From: Octopus sinensis
Lineage: Eukaryota
Direction: 5' to 3'
Length of the DNA stretch: 64,000 bases
NCBI RefSeq assembly: GCF_006345805.1
Contig: NC_043003.1
Location: 62,930,001 to 62,994,000, forward strand
Shown: piece after piece, positions 38,770 to 52,493 of the stretch
How the letters are laid out: each line of letters opens with the position of its first letter
How positions within the stretch are numbered: the stretch's first letter is position 1
Notes under the pieces: generated by a model
Database searches by the model: none
Seen by the model: the letters and a program-made list of their open reading frames with translations, nothing else
Told to the model about the DNA's origin: nothing
Position numbers and translations under genes: made by a program

Positions 38770-39453
38770 CTAGTAGAAGAGACAAACCAAGGAAGAGATG
38801 AATGGCAATGCACTGTACTTGAGAAGACCCATTATTCTCAGCAGAATTAGGGCTGTGTCAAGCCTTCCCCTACACCTTCTGATACTCACTCCTCCCTCAA
38901 TCTCCTGTTACTCCCTCTACTTCACTTTGCCCTACACTCTATTGATATCCTCTGCATCCAACTCATTTCCTATTTCTAATTATCTGTCACACTATTTTCA
39001 TTCAGTGCACTTACCCACACATCCAGCTTTTCTACTCCTATAACCAATTCTGTCTCATCTTTACATTGTACCTGAACCTCACATCTCCTTCTTTCTCTCT
39101 CATTTTCCAAGTGGGCAAGCCATTTATTCACCTCTTCAGCAAGACACCTGCTCCACTCCCTCTATCACAATTTCTTATTCCTTCTGTTGATATCCTGCTC
39201 AGTTGAGGAAGGTGTTGTTTTCCCAGTACTTGGCAACCCCAACAGTGCAGGTGCCATGTAAAAAGTACTTTGTACACTGTATAAAGTGGTTGACATAAGG
39301 AAGGGCATCCAGCTGTAAAAACCATGCAAAAGCAGATACAGAACCTGGTAGAGCCCTCTGGCTTATCTGTTCTTCTCAAGCCACCCAACCCATACCAGCA
39401 CGGAAAAAATGAACATTAAATGATGTTGCTGACGATGATGATGACAATGGTGA
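38770..39453 (+). mobile_element. RTE 3' end with long CT-rich 3'UTR, degraded
   Basis: GRPRKRW-like remnant (agagacaaaccaaggaagagatga), gagaagaccc motif, conserved terminal 3'UTR and decayed tail. Confidence 0.65.
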
Positions 39454-39724
39454 TATTCTGATATATTTCTGTTTTCATTAACACTATATCTATAAGAGAA
39501 GCTTTCTCATGATGGATAAATGAAAAGAAATTAATTAGGTTTTCAACGATATATCTGCTTTAAGAATGCTATTTAAGATTGCTATTCGAAACAAATATTG
39601 CTTCCATTAAACATAATGAATTTTTATTCAGCCCACCAGCTTATTATGACTGATTTTTCAGTTACTGTTTTATTGCAGCAGTAGCAACTGATTTTTACCT
39701 TAACCTGCTGTTACCAGTGGATAC

Positions 39725-39769
39725 TAGCTACTGATGAAGCCCAAAGAGGCATAAATGTGCATTGAGCTA
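39725..39769 (+). ncRNA. Decayed minimal hammerhead motif
   Basis: tagcta-CTGATGA-a-gcc(caaaga)ggc-a-TAAA-tgtgca-TT-gagcta; G12 is lost. Confidence 0.45.
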
Positions 39770-39963
39770 TGCCACTACTGCTGCTAGATGATTTTTGTCT
39801 GCTATTGATATGTTTGTTTTTTTAACATTTTAGATCTATAAGAGATATCATCTCAAAACAACTATCATAGTTTAGCAGGCTTTCAACCATGTATCGGCCT
39901 AAAATATAATACAAATTGAAGTGTGTGTATGTATGTATGTATATACATACATAAATATATATA

Positions 39964-39998
<35 letters not shown>

Positions 39999-40756
39999 AA
40001 ACATTGCTTGTATTTTCTGATATATATAATCTGATATATCTATAACCAAAGCAAAAACAATCAATAATCATCTAAGTATGAGAGTATTACTCTGCACCAA
40101 AGGTGATATGGTCCTTTGCAAAAAGTCAACAACTGTTTTGTAGGTTTTTTTTTTTTAGTATTTTCTAAAGCTTAAATGGAAACTCATCTACTTCAATACA
40201 GGTTTAGCTTAATACCGACTTTGCTGGCTTTTCTTTGAGAAGTTACTAAGGATAGTTAGAATCACAATAAGGATTACTTGCCAGGAAACTTAAAAGAGAT
40301 CATGGTGAGAGGATTATTGAAATGGATACAAAATGCTCTGTAGAACAAACAGAGGAAAATTTTATGGTGCATTAAAATTACCATGAATCTAATCTAATTT
40401 TTGTTTCCATTTCATGCCTTTCTAATAGAATGTCCTTCAGAAGCTGGCAATTCTTCCTATTTTTCTAAATCTCTGTTTATCTGTAAATAGAATATAGGTA
40501 CAGGTATAGCCATGATGGTAGGAATTTCACTTTGCAATCAATGATTCCAGGTTCAATCCCCTGCACTTCACAGCAAATGAAAGTGTATCTCCTGTATCAT
40601 AGTCTCAGTTTGATTAATATCTTGAAAGAGGAATTTAGCGGACAGAAATTCTCACATATATTTTATCATTTATCTTTTACCTGTTTCAGTCATTAAACTA
40701 CAGGTATGCTGATATATATATATATAAATAGACACATAGTTATAAAATCTTCTAAG

Positions 40757-43362
40757 ACGGTAACAGTGATGGTGTTGGTGGTGTGGGCATACTTCTTGCT
40801 GAGAAATGGGTGGATAAAGTACTGGAGGTAGTCAAAGTGTGTGACAGAGTGCTTAAGCTCAGGTTAGTCTTGTGGAGACAATTATCTCTGCCAATGCTCC
40901 ACAAGCAGGCCTACCAAATGAACAGACGGACCACTTTTATGATATTCTTCTGTACAAAACATCAAAGATGAGTGACAATGGTCTCATCTTTGTGACTGGG
41001 GATTTCAATGGGCTTGTCAGATGGCAGACTGGTATCTTCCATGGCATCCAAGGAATTGGCCCCCTAAATGAGAAGGGAACATAGCTACTGGAGTTCTGTG
41101 ATGCAAATAACTTATTGATCAGCAGCACCAACTTCAAGAAGCCAGCCACCGGATAATCTACCAGTCAGGTGACTGTGCTAGCTAGATCAATTATATTTTC
41201 ACCAGACAGCAGGATGCATGGTTGCTCTTAAATACAGAGACCCTCTCTGGTGAAGAATGTATTCCCCAGCCTAGACTAATCATTAGTAATTTTAGACTCC
41301 AAGCCAGAAGGTTGACAAGAATCAGACCAATCTGGAAAAGAAGGATTTGGAAGTTTAAAGACCCTTTATATGGTCAGAGATTTAGGGACATCCTAATTGA
41401 GAAATTTGATGAGAGAGAGGAGGAGCTACAGACTTTTGACATAGAGTGCAATTGGGAATTCCTGTTGAGTGCTACAGACCAAATCTGTGGCTGGTGCAAA
41501 GTCCCATCTAGATCTAGGGTAACATCGTGGTGGAATGACACAGTAGACAGGGCCATTAGAACAAAGAAAGAGGACTGGAAGAGTGAAGTTAACAGAGAAC
41601 CGTATCAGATAGCCAGAAAGAAAGCTAGGGGAGCGGTATATCTAGTCAAGAGAGAAACAGAAAAGAAGTTTGCCTATGTTCAGTGATGTGAGAACTAAAG
41701 ATGATGGTGCACTTGCATTTAATAAAGTGGTTGACATAAGGAAGGGCATCCAGCTGTAAAAACCATACCAAAGCAGATACAGAACCTGGTAGAGCCCTCT
41801 GGCTTATCTATTCTTGTCAAGCCATCCAACCCATACCAGCATGGAAAAAAAGGACATTAAATGATGTTGCTGACGATGATGATGACAATGGTGAGAGAGG
41901 CTTGGAGATACTATGCTGAACGTGGAAAATGAATGGGAGGAGGAGAGTCTGCCAAATGCTGACCCAGTTGAGGGACCAGTTACCTGAATTAACAGTTCCT
42001 TGATAAAGTAATTAAGGGAATGAAGACAGGGAAAGCGCCTCAGGAATCACTAGATGCTTAAAATATTTGGCGGTGTGGGTTGTGGTTTAGTCATCTGTAT
42101 TGTAAATCAGGTGGTTCACAAAGGAGTCATACTCAATGACTGGTGTAGCAGCACTATAGTCAACTTCTACAAAGGCAAAGGTGATGCCTTAGATAGAAAT
42201 AATTACAGCAGAATCAAATTGTTGGATCAGTTGATGAAAGTTACATAGAGAGTCATAGCCCAACTCATTAGGGAGAGAGTTAGCTTAGTTGAGATGCAGT
42301 TTGGTTTCGTGCCAGGAAGTAACACCACAGGTGCTGTGTTTCTGGTAAGGTGGCTGCAGGAGAAATACATAGCTAAAGATAAACCTCAGTAGTTGGCCTT
42401 TGTTGACTTGGAGAAAGCTTTTGACAGGGTCCCCTGATCCCTTATCTGGTGGTCAATGCAGAAACTAGGGTTAGATGAGTGGTTGGTGAGGGCAAAATTC
42501 AGAGCTCCTTCCTCTGCTGGCAAAAAAGTGCCTCTCTCTGAGTGAAAGGCAGATTGTATGATGTCTGTGTGTGAACAGCTATGCTACATGTCAGTGAAAC
42601 ATGGGCTGTGACAGCCCAGGACATGCATAGGCTTGAAAGAAATGAAGCCAGTATGCTTTGCTGGATGTGCAATGTCAATATGCATGTTCAACAGAGTGTA
42701 AGCATCTTGAGAGAAAAATTAGGTATAAGAGGAATTATATGTGGTATGCAAGAGAGACGACTACACTGGTATGGTCATGTGATGCACATGGATGAGGACA
42801 GCTGTGTAAAGAAGTGCTGATCTGTAACTCTGGAAGGAAACTGTAACAGAGGTAGACCCAGAAGACATGGGACAAAGTAGTGAAGCATGATCTTTGAATC
42901 TCACAGAGGCAATGACTAGTGACTGAGACCTTGAGAAGACCCGTCAAGCTAAGTGAAATTGTAGTCATGGCTGATACTGGTGTCACATAACTGGAACCAG
43001 TGCAAGTGGCATGTAAGAGCACCTTTTGAGCAAAGCGGCTGAGTTCCTTTGAAGTGTTGGACCTTGTGGAGGCAATGACCAAGACCTTTGGCATTATGTC
43101 ATGCTTGAGAAGAGCCATCTAACTGAGCAAAATTGCAGTTGTGGCAGATACTGGTGTCAAGCAAATGGCACATGTGCCAGCGGCATAAAAAATCATCCAT
43201 TACATTCTTGGAGTGGTTAGCGTTAGAAAGGTCATCCAGCCATAGAAAACCATGCCAAAGCAGACAAAAGTCTGATGCAGCCTTCCAGCTTAGCAGCATC
43301 GGTCAAACCGTCCAACCCATGCCAGCATGGACAACAGACGTTAAATAATGATGATGATGATG
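40757..43362 (+). mobile_element. Degraded RTE LINE (APE endonuclease + RT fragments + 3'UTR)
   Basis: GVGILLAEKW, SANAPQAG, GDFNG (APE); AFVDLEKAFDRVP-like RT motif near 42.4 kb; NEASMLCW...LHWYGHV; many stops and frameshifts; (ATG)n tail. Confidence 0.92.
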
Positions 43363-44464
43363 ATAATTATATATATATATACACACACACACATAAATAT
43401 ACTCGTCCATCCTTTACAAGTGTGGAAAAACAAATTTAAATTGATGATGATGATGATGGTGATGGTGGTGTTGGTGGAGGTGATGGTGTTGGTGATGATT
43501 GTTCTGATATCAAATTCCTGTTTAGTTTGATTTCATCTGAAATTCCTACTCTGATTTTCTTCTCAAATTTAAAAAATACTGCACAAACTGACTGTTTTGA
43601 CATCAGAGTACTTGAACGATCATTAATCTATTTAACTTTAATATTAAACTTGATCAAAAACATTTTGTAACTTAATAAATTAGCAAGATATTGTCAGTAT
43701 TCTTTGCAATCAAATGAAACTCAATAAACATGTCAACTCTAAAACATTTTCTTCATGTGTTTCATTTTGTCTTCTTTCAGTGATTTTTATTCTCTTTATT
43801 TCAAACCTTGCTTTTGCTTTTTCTTGTGTTCTTTTTTTGTGTCATTTTACAGCATGCCAATTCCACATTGAACATTGAATTCTTGTAATAATCTTCATCT
43901 TATTTCTGCAGTTTGAAGTTAAGCAGTTGTTCTGTAATAGAATTCCACTCTGCTTGTCTTACACTTACCTGTACTATGGGCTGAAAAGTCATCTCTTCAC
44001 TTCTTTACTGTTAAACTATCACTTATCACTTTCTTTCTCTCCTTTATAATTTTCAAGGAATCACATCTTTCTTTCCTTTGGTTTCTATCTATTTCTCTCT
44101 TTCTCTATCGATCTGTTTATCTACCCATCTATTTCTCTCTTTATCTATCTACCTATTTCTCTCTTTATTTATTTTCTCTCTCTCTATCTGCCTATTTCTT
44201 TCTTTCTCTCTCTCTATATATATGTATATATACAAACATGCATGCATACATATTTCTTTTCTTTTTTTCTCTCAATCAAAATCTTCCTCCACACCTGTCC
44301 TCTCTTTCTCCCTTAATCATTCACTCACTCTCTGTCAACCAAAGCCTGAAATTGAAAAAGTCTGTCATATACATATATACATACATAAACACATATATAC
44401 ACACAAACATACATACATGCATACATTTCCTACATACATACATATGTTCATGGATGCATACATA

Positions 44465-45344
44465 TACAGGGTATAAGTGAATAAATTGTTGTCTAAATTA
44501 TGCAAAAATAAAAATAACACTGATATCTCATTTTAACAGGTATATTTATTAAAATTACATAAAAATATCTTGAAATTCTAAAGAGTAAATTCATTTAATA
44601 AAATCACCATTGGCTTCAACCATAGCCTCCAAACGACTTTGGAATTTCCTGCAATTCTTCTGGACAGTTTCCTTGTTTAAGTTGGTTAATGCTGCCATAA
44701 CCCTTGCCCTCAGTTCATCTTTGGTATTACAAGCAGTTTTGTTGCTCTCTCTCTCGCTTAACTGTGCCCCACACATAATAATCAATGGGGCTGCAGTCTG
44801 GGGAGTTAGGTCGCCAGATGTTAGGGGTGGTGTCGTCGCAGAAATTGTCTGGCAGCCATGATTGGGTTCTCCTGTTTGTGTGGAAGGGTGCAGAGTCCTG
44901 TTGCCAGATATAGGATCTTCTAGCAGCCACCCTCTTGACCCAGGGCAGCACTACCTCTTCCGGGCACTTGATGTAGGCCTCCGTGTTGAGTGTGAGGCCG
45001 TGAGGGAAGATGAACGGAGTCATAATGTCCCCATCACTAGTGATCACTCCAAACACCATGATGTTTACTGAATGTTTGATTTTTATGATTCTTGTTACAT
45101 CCTCAGATTGACACCCAAACACTCTGAAATATTCGTGGTGGAGCATCTGGGGTGAATACCAAGCAGTACAGCATGTTATTTTATAATTTCTAGTAGAGTG
45201 AATTGCATCATGGTACTGTTTTCCTCACAGATGGTACCCGACTGACCCTGCTATACTGTGTAGTTAACAAAATGAAAAACAAACAATGTGCATGTGTGAA
45301 ATAAAAAATACAAAATGGCAACAATTTAACCATCGCACCCTGTA
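44465..45344 (-). mobile_element. Internally deleted maT (DD37D) element with both termini
   Basis: WQQDSAPFHT...SPDCSPIDYYVWGTV with D-x37-D spacing; TA-cagggt...accctg-TA imperfect TIRs. Confidence 0.93.
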
Positions 45345-47416
45345 TATATCCATTGCACTTTAGCATTCTACTACTTATCTATTATCTATCTAATCTAATC
45401 TACCTCACTTTCAAGTCCATTCCTTTTCTCTCTTTTCACATTCCTATAACGTAACAGAAAGAAGGAAACCAGTAAAAAAAAAATATTAGGGATGTGTGAG
45501 TTGGCCTTTTATAATATTGATTAATGCTAATGTTTGACTGTACAAGTAATGTCATTAATACGTTTCCTTCAGAACTCAAAGAGAAAAATATGGCAACGGA
45601 AAGTAAATGGAAATGTGCTTTACAATGTATCGATTTTGTTATTTAGAATTTATCAATGCAACACTGGATTCAGCCAGTGATGACATCAGCAAACTTTTAA
45701 AATTTTCATATGAAATTATGAAAATTTATTGTTCATTTTACAAGAATACAAAAAGATTTCAATCAAAGAGGACATAATTCTTTCATATGACAAATAAAAC
45801 ACAAAAGTTCTTAAGCCATCCATTATTCCCTAAAAAACACAACCATTCTTAAATCATTGACTTCAGATTCTCATGCATAATTGCTAAAGACTCAAGAAAG
45901 TGTTGGTTCCAGCATATGAGAAGTAGGATAGTAATGCCACAATAAAGAAAACATACCAAGTTAAATATTTATTGTAGAAGTCGTTATGAAAGCTTAGAAT
46001 CAAATATTTGTTAACTTTAGCTGTTGATTTTTTATTTTTCTGTATAACACTACTTCAATGTGTTTCATATTTAAATGGTACATTTGCAACAATTCATGTA
46101 AAGGGATGATAATTTTGTGACAAAGCAGGTCTGAAATTATTGGTTGTTTTTAATTTCATGGCAAATGGGATTTGCCATATCTTGTTAAATGTAATGCTGA
46201 TGATTTCAACAAAGAATGAAATAGTGCCATATGAGATTACCACTGACTTGAAATTTTAAAAACTTTTCAAAATGCACTAATTTAAGAGAAACTAGGATCA
46301 CGTCCAATGTGTTATTTTCTAAGGTAGTAGGGTGTAATTTAGGGGAGAGTTAGCTGTTATTTCTAACTGAAGGGTCAGTTAACCTTATAGATGCTCTTTC
46401 ATTTGCTGGTATGCATGAAATGTAGGTGTGAAGTTTAAGCAAAAATGTAAATTAAAATAAGATTTAATGCAACAACCTAAGTGTGATTGTTTTCAGAGTA
46501 GAACTTTTCTCATCAGATGCTACTTACTGGAAAGGTTTACCTGGACCATACCTGATTCAACAGACCTAAGATGAAAGACATTCTATCTGCGACCATCCTG
46601 TATTTTTGGTGCTATTTTTCTTATAATGTATTCATTTCTATATAATCCTTATTTATTTTTTGATTATATTATCCAAATTGGCTTCCCTTTTCAAAGACAG
46701 TAGGAGATTTGGTTGTTATCTCTAGCATGTTAAGTGACCAAACAAAGGCTCCTTCAATGATACAACAGATATCAATCATTGTAATTTGATGTACTCTGAT
46801 GTGTCCACCCTACCCCCTGGTTATATGATACAAAGTTCTGATTTTAAAGTGATCTAAATTAAAACCACCCCCAACAAAAATTCACATTAATTTATGTTCT
46901 AAACATCAGCTTAATAATGAAACAATTATTTCTCTAATTGTTCATTATTTTCAAAATTAATTGAAGCGAAAGCATTGTGTTTCAACAGAAATACGGCAAC
47001 AAAAGGTTAATGTTTTCTGCTGCTGTTTTCTTGTCATCGTCATTGTCATCATTGTTGGTATTGTTTAGCTCCCAGCTCAATATTTGTCAAGAAAACCCAT
47101 GATTAATAGTATTTTAGCCATTATCATCCCATTCTTTCTTTCCAGGGACTGTGTATCTAAAACTACATTATTCAATGGTATCATTCCTTCCTTTTAAAGA
47201 TTAACAGGTGTGATTTGATGGAAATTTGGTAATTATTTCTAACAGGTTGAAGAGATCAAACAGATAAAGATTTCCTTGTCATTGGGTGTCATAACATTAA
47301 GAGATTTTCATAGGAAACAAGACTAGAATTGGTTGCTTTTATTTTTACAAGTTCGCATAAGATTCTTGGCTTTCACCCAAACTGTCTAGATTTGGTTCTC
47401 AGTATGGGAACTATTT

Positions 47417-48120
47417 CATTAGGCACAGACATGACTGTCTGGTTAAGAAGCTCACTTCATAACCACATAGTTTTGGGTTCAATCTCACTGCGTGGAACGT
47501 TAAGCAAATGTTTTCTGTTATACCCATAGACCCACCAATGCCAGGCAACCAAAGGTGATAGATGGAGACTGCATGGAAGCCTGTCATGTGTTTGTGAGTT
47601 TGTTTGTGTATTTATGTGTGTGTGTATGTATGTGTATTTGTGCATATGTATTTGTGTGTCGGTGTATGTTTGCATGTGTGTGTGTGTGTGTGTATTTATG
47701 TGTGTGTATGCATGTGTTTTTTGTCTGTCCCTGACCTCCACCACTTGACAATTGTTTACATCCCTGTAACTTAGCAGTTTGGCAAAAGAGATCAATAGAA
47801 TAAGTAACAGACTAAACCCTTCAAAATGTTGCTCCAGCATGACCACAGCTGAATGACTAAAACAAATAATTGGCAAAAGATAATGTCTATACAGAACATA
47901 ATATCCTTTTCTATTCTAGGCACAAGGCCCGAAATTTTTGAGGAGGCAGCCAGTTGATTAGATTGACCCCAGTACACAACTGGTACTTAATTTATCAACC
48001 CCAAAAGTATGAAAGGTAAAGTTTAACTCGGCAGAATTTGAACTCAGAACGTAAAGACAGATGAAATACTGTTAAGCATTTCGCCCAGTGTGCTAATGTT
48101 TCTGCAAGCTTGCTGCCTTA
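47417..48120. mobile_element. tRNA-headed SINE followed by a SINE-core copy
   Basis: Same families as 12263 and 18505. Confidence 0.75.
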
Positions 48121-48509
48121 GAATCAACATGATATTACATAAGATAAACCAATATAGCATTGGTTATCTTCATGTTATTGGTTTAAGAATATCTATTGAT
48201 AGGTGCACGTGTGGCTATGTGGTCATAAGCTTGCTTCCCAACATCATAGTTCTGGGTTCAGTCCCACTGCATGGCACCTTGGGTAAGTGCCCTCTACTAA
48301 TGCCTTAGACAATAGTAGAAGACTAGAAATGAAGGATACCACTTGTATGGTGGCGATGCTCTCTTACAACCATCATGTGATGTTACGGCAAGGAAAGAGT
48401 AACACATATACACACAGTTACACCCATACATGCATATATGTATGTGAATATATGTATATATTCATACTTATATTTACATACATACATATATCCATCCATA
48501 CGTAATTAT

Positions 48510-48555
<46 letters not shown>

Positions 48556-48589
48556 TATAATTTAGAAAAAACAGTAAAAAGGTGTCATT

Positions 48590-48648
48590 ATAGTACTCAG
48601 AGTTTCGAATGTTGGAGCAAAGAGCTACGATACATTCTTGTCGGCTAT
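48590..48648 (-). ncRNA. Degenerate hammerhead in the sense pseudo-LTR
   Basis: atag-CCGACAA-gaatgt...acattc-GAAA-ctctgag-TA-ctat; mirror at 50512-50570 (+) with CCAATGA and AAAA. Confidence 0.5.
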
Positions 48649-48911
48649 TAATGACAACAGATGCTATGAAAAACCACTGAATATAAGTTAAGTTACTCTA
48701 ATAGGTAGAAAAAGAAAAAAGATAAAAAACACACATAAGTACATACTCACACAAACAAGTATGCATACATGCACATACACATACAGTAACATATATGTAT
48801 GTGCATACTCATACACACATAACCACACAAGTATATATATATATGTATACACAACCTCATCCTCATATACACATAGGTGCTTACATGCATACATGTAGCA
48901 TATAGATATTT

Positions 48912-48959
<48 letters not shown>

Positions 48960-48988
48960 TTTTTTCTCTCCTTGTTTTTTCTGCGTCC

Positions 48989-49024
48989 CTTTCTGTAGAA
49001 GAGTGTAGGCTTGAAACGTAGAAG
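48989..49024 (+). ncRNA. Degenerate minimal hammerhead of a second family inserted in the left arm
   Basis: cttt-CTGTAGA-a-gagt(gtag)gctt-GAAA-cg-TA-gaag; A6 is replaced by T; ACGT palindromic stem III. Confidence 0.45.
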
Positions 49025-49333
49025 ACTTTTTCTATTCCTGAGCGTTATACTAATACATCTGTTTGTTTTGTACACCGCCTGTCTTTGTTTTTTGTTTTTT
49101 TCGTAAACTCTCCCTATATATATATATATATAAATATATATATATAAACATATGCATATCTGTATAAATGAAGGGGGCATGTGCATGAAAGTTGCACATA
49201 TGCACCGGACACAGTTTTACACTCATATACATTCATATACACATACACACATATATACATATAATAATATATATATATATATATATATATACACACTCAC
49301 AAAAGGAAAACAATGAAAAAATATATATAAAAA

Positions 49334-49993
49334 TTAAAAATTAGTGGATGTTAAAACATATGGGAAAGCTTGTACAGGAACATAGTAGAAATGTGGATTC
49401 CAGCTGTGATTTTGGGTGGGGCCAAAACTGTAACAGGTATTTTGTGATATATGGACATGGTCCCAAAAGTTCAGTTCTTGAATTTAGACATGAAGTGGGG
49501 TCCAAGGAACTTTTCCAGATGAGCCATCTTTCTATATTACAAAGACCATACTTGCCACTACCATTAATATAAGGTTTACGCTTGACTAAGATATTCCAGT
49601 AATCTTGTAGATGACACCTTGTTCATTTAAGAACCATATATAACTGGATAATTTGGTAGATCTTCGTTTGTTCCAGTTTCTGAAGCTTAAGGTGTGATTG
49701 TTGAATCTTGCTTTGAAATTTCCCTCTATGAGACCAACATATCTCTTGGATGAAACTGTATTATTAGCATTCATGGAATTTATAGTGGCATCATAAATAA
49801 TGACCTTGGTCATACATGCTCCATTTAGTGGACACAAGTCTTTATCCCTGCAGGAACAGCTGGCTTCATGTTGCTGTGTTACATTGTGTGTAATTATGCT
49901 TTTGAAGTTTGGGGTGAAACTAGAACTAATTTTTAGGTTATGCCTATAATAGAGTTTTCTATATTTATGATGTATTGGAAAATTTCTATCTAT
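49334..49993 (-). pseudogene. Penelope-like RT C-terminus and GIY-YIG endonuclease, one frameshift near 49597
   Basis: CSCRDKDLCPLNGACMTKVIIYDA...YVGLIEGNFKARFNNHTLSF...LSSYIW, then in a shifted frame WNILVKRKPY...CLNSRTELLGPC. Confidence 0.9.
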
Positions 49994-52444
49994 TGTGTGA
50001 GTGTGTACGTGTGTGTGCATATATATATATGTATATGTGAGTGTATATGTATATATATATATATATATATGAGTGTAAGACTGTGTCCAGTGTATATGTG
50101 CAACTTTCATGCACACGCCCCCTCATTTATACAGATATGCTGATGTCTACATATATGCGGGAGTGTGTATGTATGTCTGTATATATATACTTATACATAT
50201 AAAAGTCTAAATATATATGTATTATGTTACATGAATGTATGTAAGCACCTATGTGCATATGAGGATGAGGTTGAGTACACACACACACACACATATATAT
50301 ATATACATGTGTGTGTGTGCGTGTGGATATGTGTGTATGTGCATGTACCTATACATGTTTGTGTGTAGGTATGTAGACGTTGTGAACACAAGCGGTTAAT
50401 GTCTATGTATTGTGAGAATATGGTTGCATGTATTTTTTATCTTTTTTCTTTTTCTACCTATAAGAGTAACTTCTGTTTTATTCAACGGTTTTTTATAGTT
50501 TGTTGTCATTAATAGCCAATGAGAATGTATCGTAGCTCTTCATTCCAACATTCAAAACTCTAAGTACTATAATGACAACCTTTTACTGTTTGTTCTAAAT
50601 TATAACATATATAAATAGTCCTCTAATTATCTAATATCGATGTCTCATTCTTTTGTTGTTACTTTTTATTATCATTATTATAAATGTGTGTGTGTATATA
50701 TATATATATCTTCATTACAATATCATAAATCAGAAAAGCATACCCTATAAAATATAGAGCAGTTGTAAATTGTGTATAGCAGAAAGATATATTATCCTCA
50801 TGAACTCACATGATCCAGGAGGTTACCTGAACTCGAACTCCAGGAAGGAAGCTGTGGGGAGTTGTCCACATTTTTGGAAACTTTTACTTCAAAATTGGAA
50901 AACCTAACTATCAAGCAAAGAAACACAACTCGCTCAGCCATAATTTTTTAAGAGAATATTTCTTGAACTATCACTGGCGTTCTTGTGTTTAAAAAAAAAC
51001 ATTCTTTGCAGAGAATGGTTATTGTTTAGAGAAACTAAAGAGATGTCTAGTTCACACTAGATATGAAATCAATGGCTTTTTTCTGGACTATTATGTTACA
51101 CATATAAAACAAATATATATGTGTACATATACACAAACACACACAGATGTGTGTGTGTACAGAATGGGTTTCATTCAGTTTCCATTTACCAAATTCACTC
51201 ACAAGGATTTAGCCACCTCACTGTTATAGTAGAAGACATTTGCTCAAAGTACCTTGCTGTGGGACTGAATTTGACACCACATAGTTATGTATTGAAATAT
51301 GAGTTCATTCCTAGGAATAAACTTATTTGAATAGTAGAATAAGATCAATAGTCAGACAATTATTCTTAAATACCAATAAAAACAATTCAATTGCTCCATA
51401 TCTCAAGCTGCAAAAAAAACCAACCTCGATGAGTCTATCTTTGCAGTGAAGAATATAGATAGAAGTTTTACTAAGGTAAAATTTCAAATCCCATATAAGT
51501 CAGCTGTAGATCCGGCCAAAATCATCATTGCCTTTTATTCTTTTGGGGCCAATAAAATAAAATATCTACCAGAGCCATCCTGGTAGCATTATAGGACCCC
51601 AGGTGAATCAATACAATGAAGAATATATATTTATTCACTGACAGCAAGCCACTTCGTATATGGATCAAAATTAGGTCCCTAAACTTGTAAGGTCACTGGG
51701 CAACATCCCAGTGTGCCCCTCATCCAACACCCCACACTCATATGTATTTCCTATCATTTTTAATGTCCACTTTTCCATGCTGGAATATGTCAGATGGAAT
51801 TCTTTGGAGCAGACTCTCTATGGCTGGATGCCCTTCCAGTCACTAACCCTCACTTGCTTCCAAGCAAGGAAGACTGGAAAGTTATAAGCAAGTGTTGCTG
51901 CTTGTATGGTAGAGACACCTGTTTATAATTTTTGTGTGATGTTCAGATGAGAAGGTTCAAACACTGAAATGTGGATGGAATATACTAAATGCACATTCTG
52001 TGAAGTGGTTGGTGTTAGGAAGGGCATCCAGCTGTAGAAACCATGCTGAAACAGGCTGGAGTCTGGTGCAACTCCTGAGCTTGCCAGCTTTGGTCACACC
52101 GTCCAACCTGTGCCAACATGGACAATGGATGTTAAATGATGATGATATATACATATATGTGCATGTGTACAAAGCTTTGCTTGGTTCTGAGCTTTAATAG
52201 AAGACACTTGATTAAGGGTGCCACAGTGGGATTGAACCTTAAATCTATGAGACCATGTGGTTATAATGCAAATGCCTTAACCATAGACCCATGCTTGTGG
52301 TATGTATATATATATATATAAATACATATATATATATATGTATGTTTATTTATCTATCTATCTAGCTAGCTATGTATCTATCTGTCCATCCATCCATCTA
52401 TTCATCCATCCACCTATCTATCTATCTATCTGTCTGCCTCTCTT

Positions 52445-52493
<49 letters not shown>

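Larger units (their letters stand above)
48546..50610 (-). mobile_element. Penelope-like element: GIY-YIG 3' fragment between inverted pseudo-LTRs
   Basis: Arms 48546-49260 and 50040-50610 are inverted copies (about 80%) flanking the endonuclease fragment. Confidence 0.85.

Noticed and set aside
46485-46525. Minus-strand CTGATGA...GAAA...TC
   Set aside because: Stems I, II and III do not pair.
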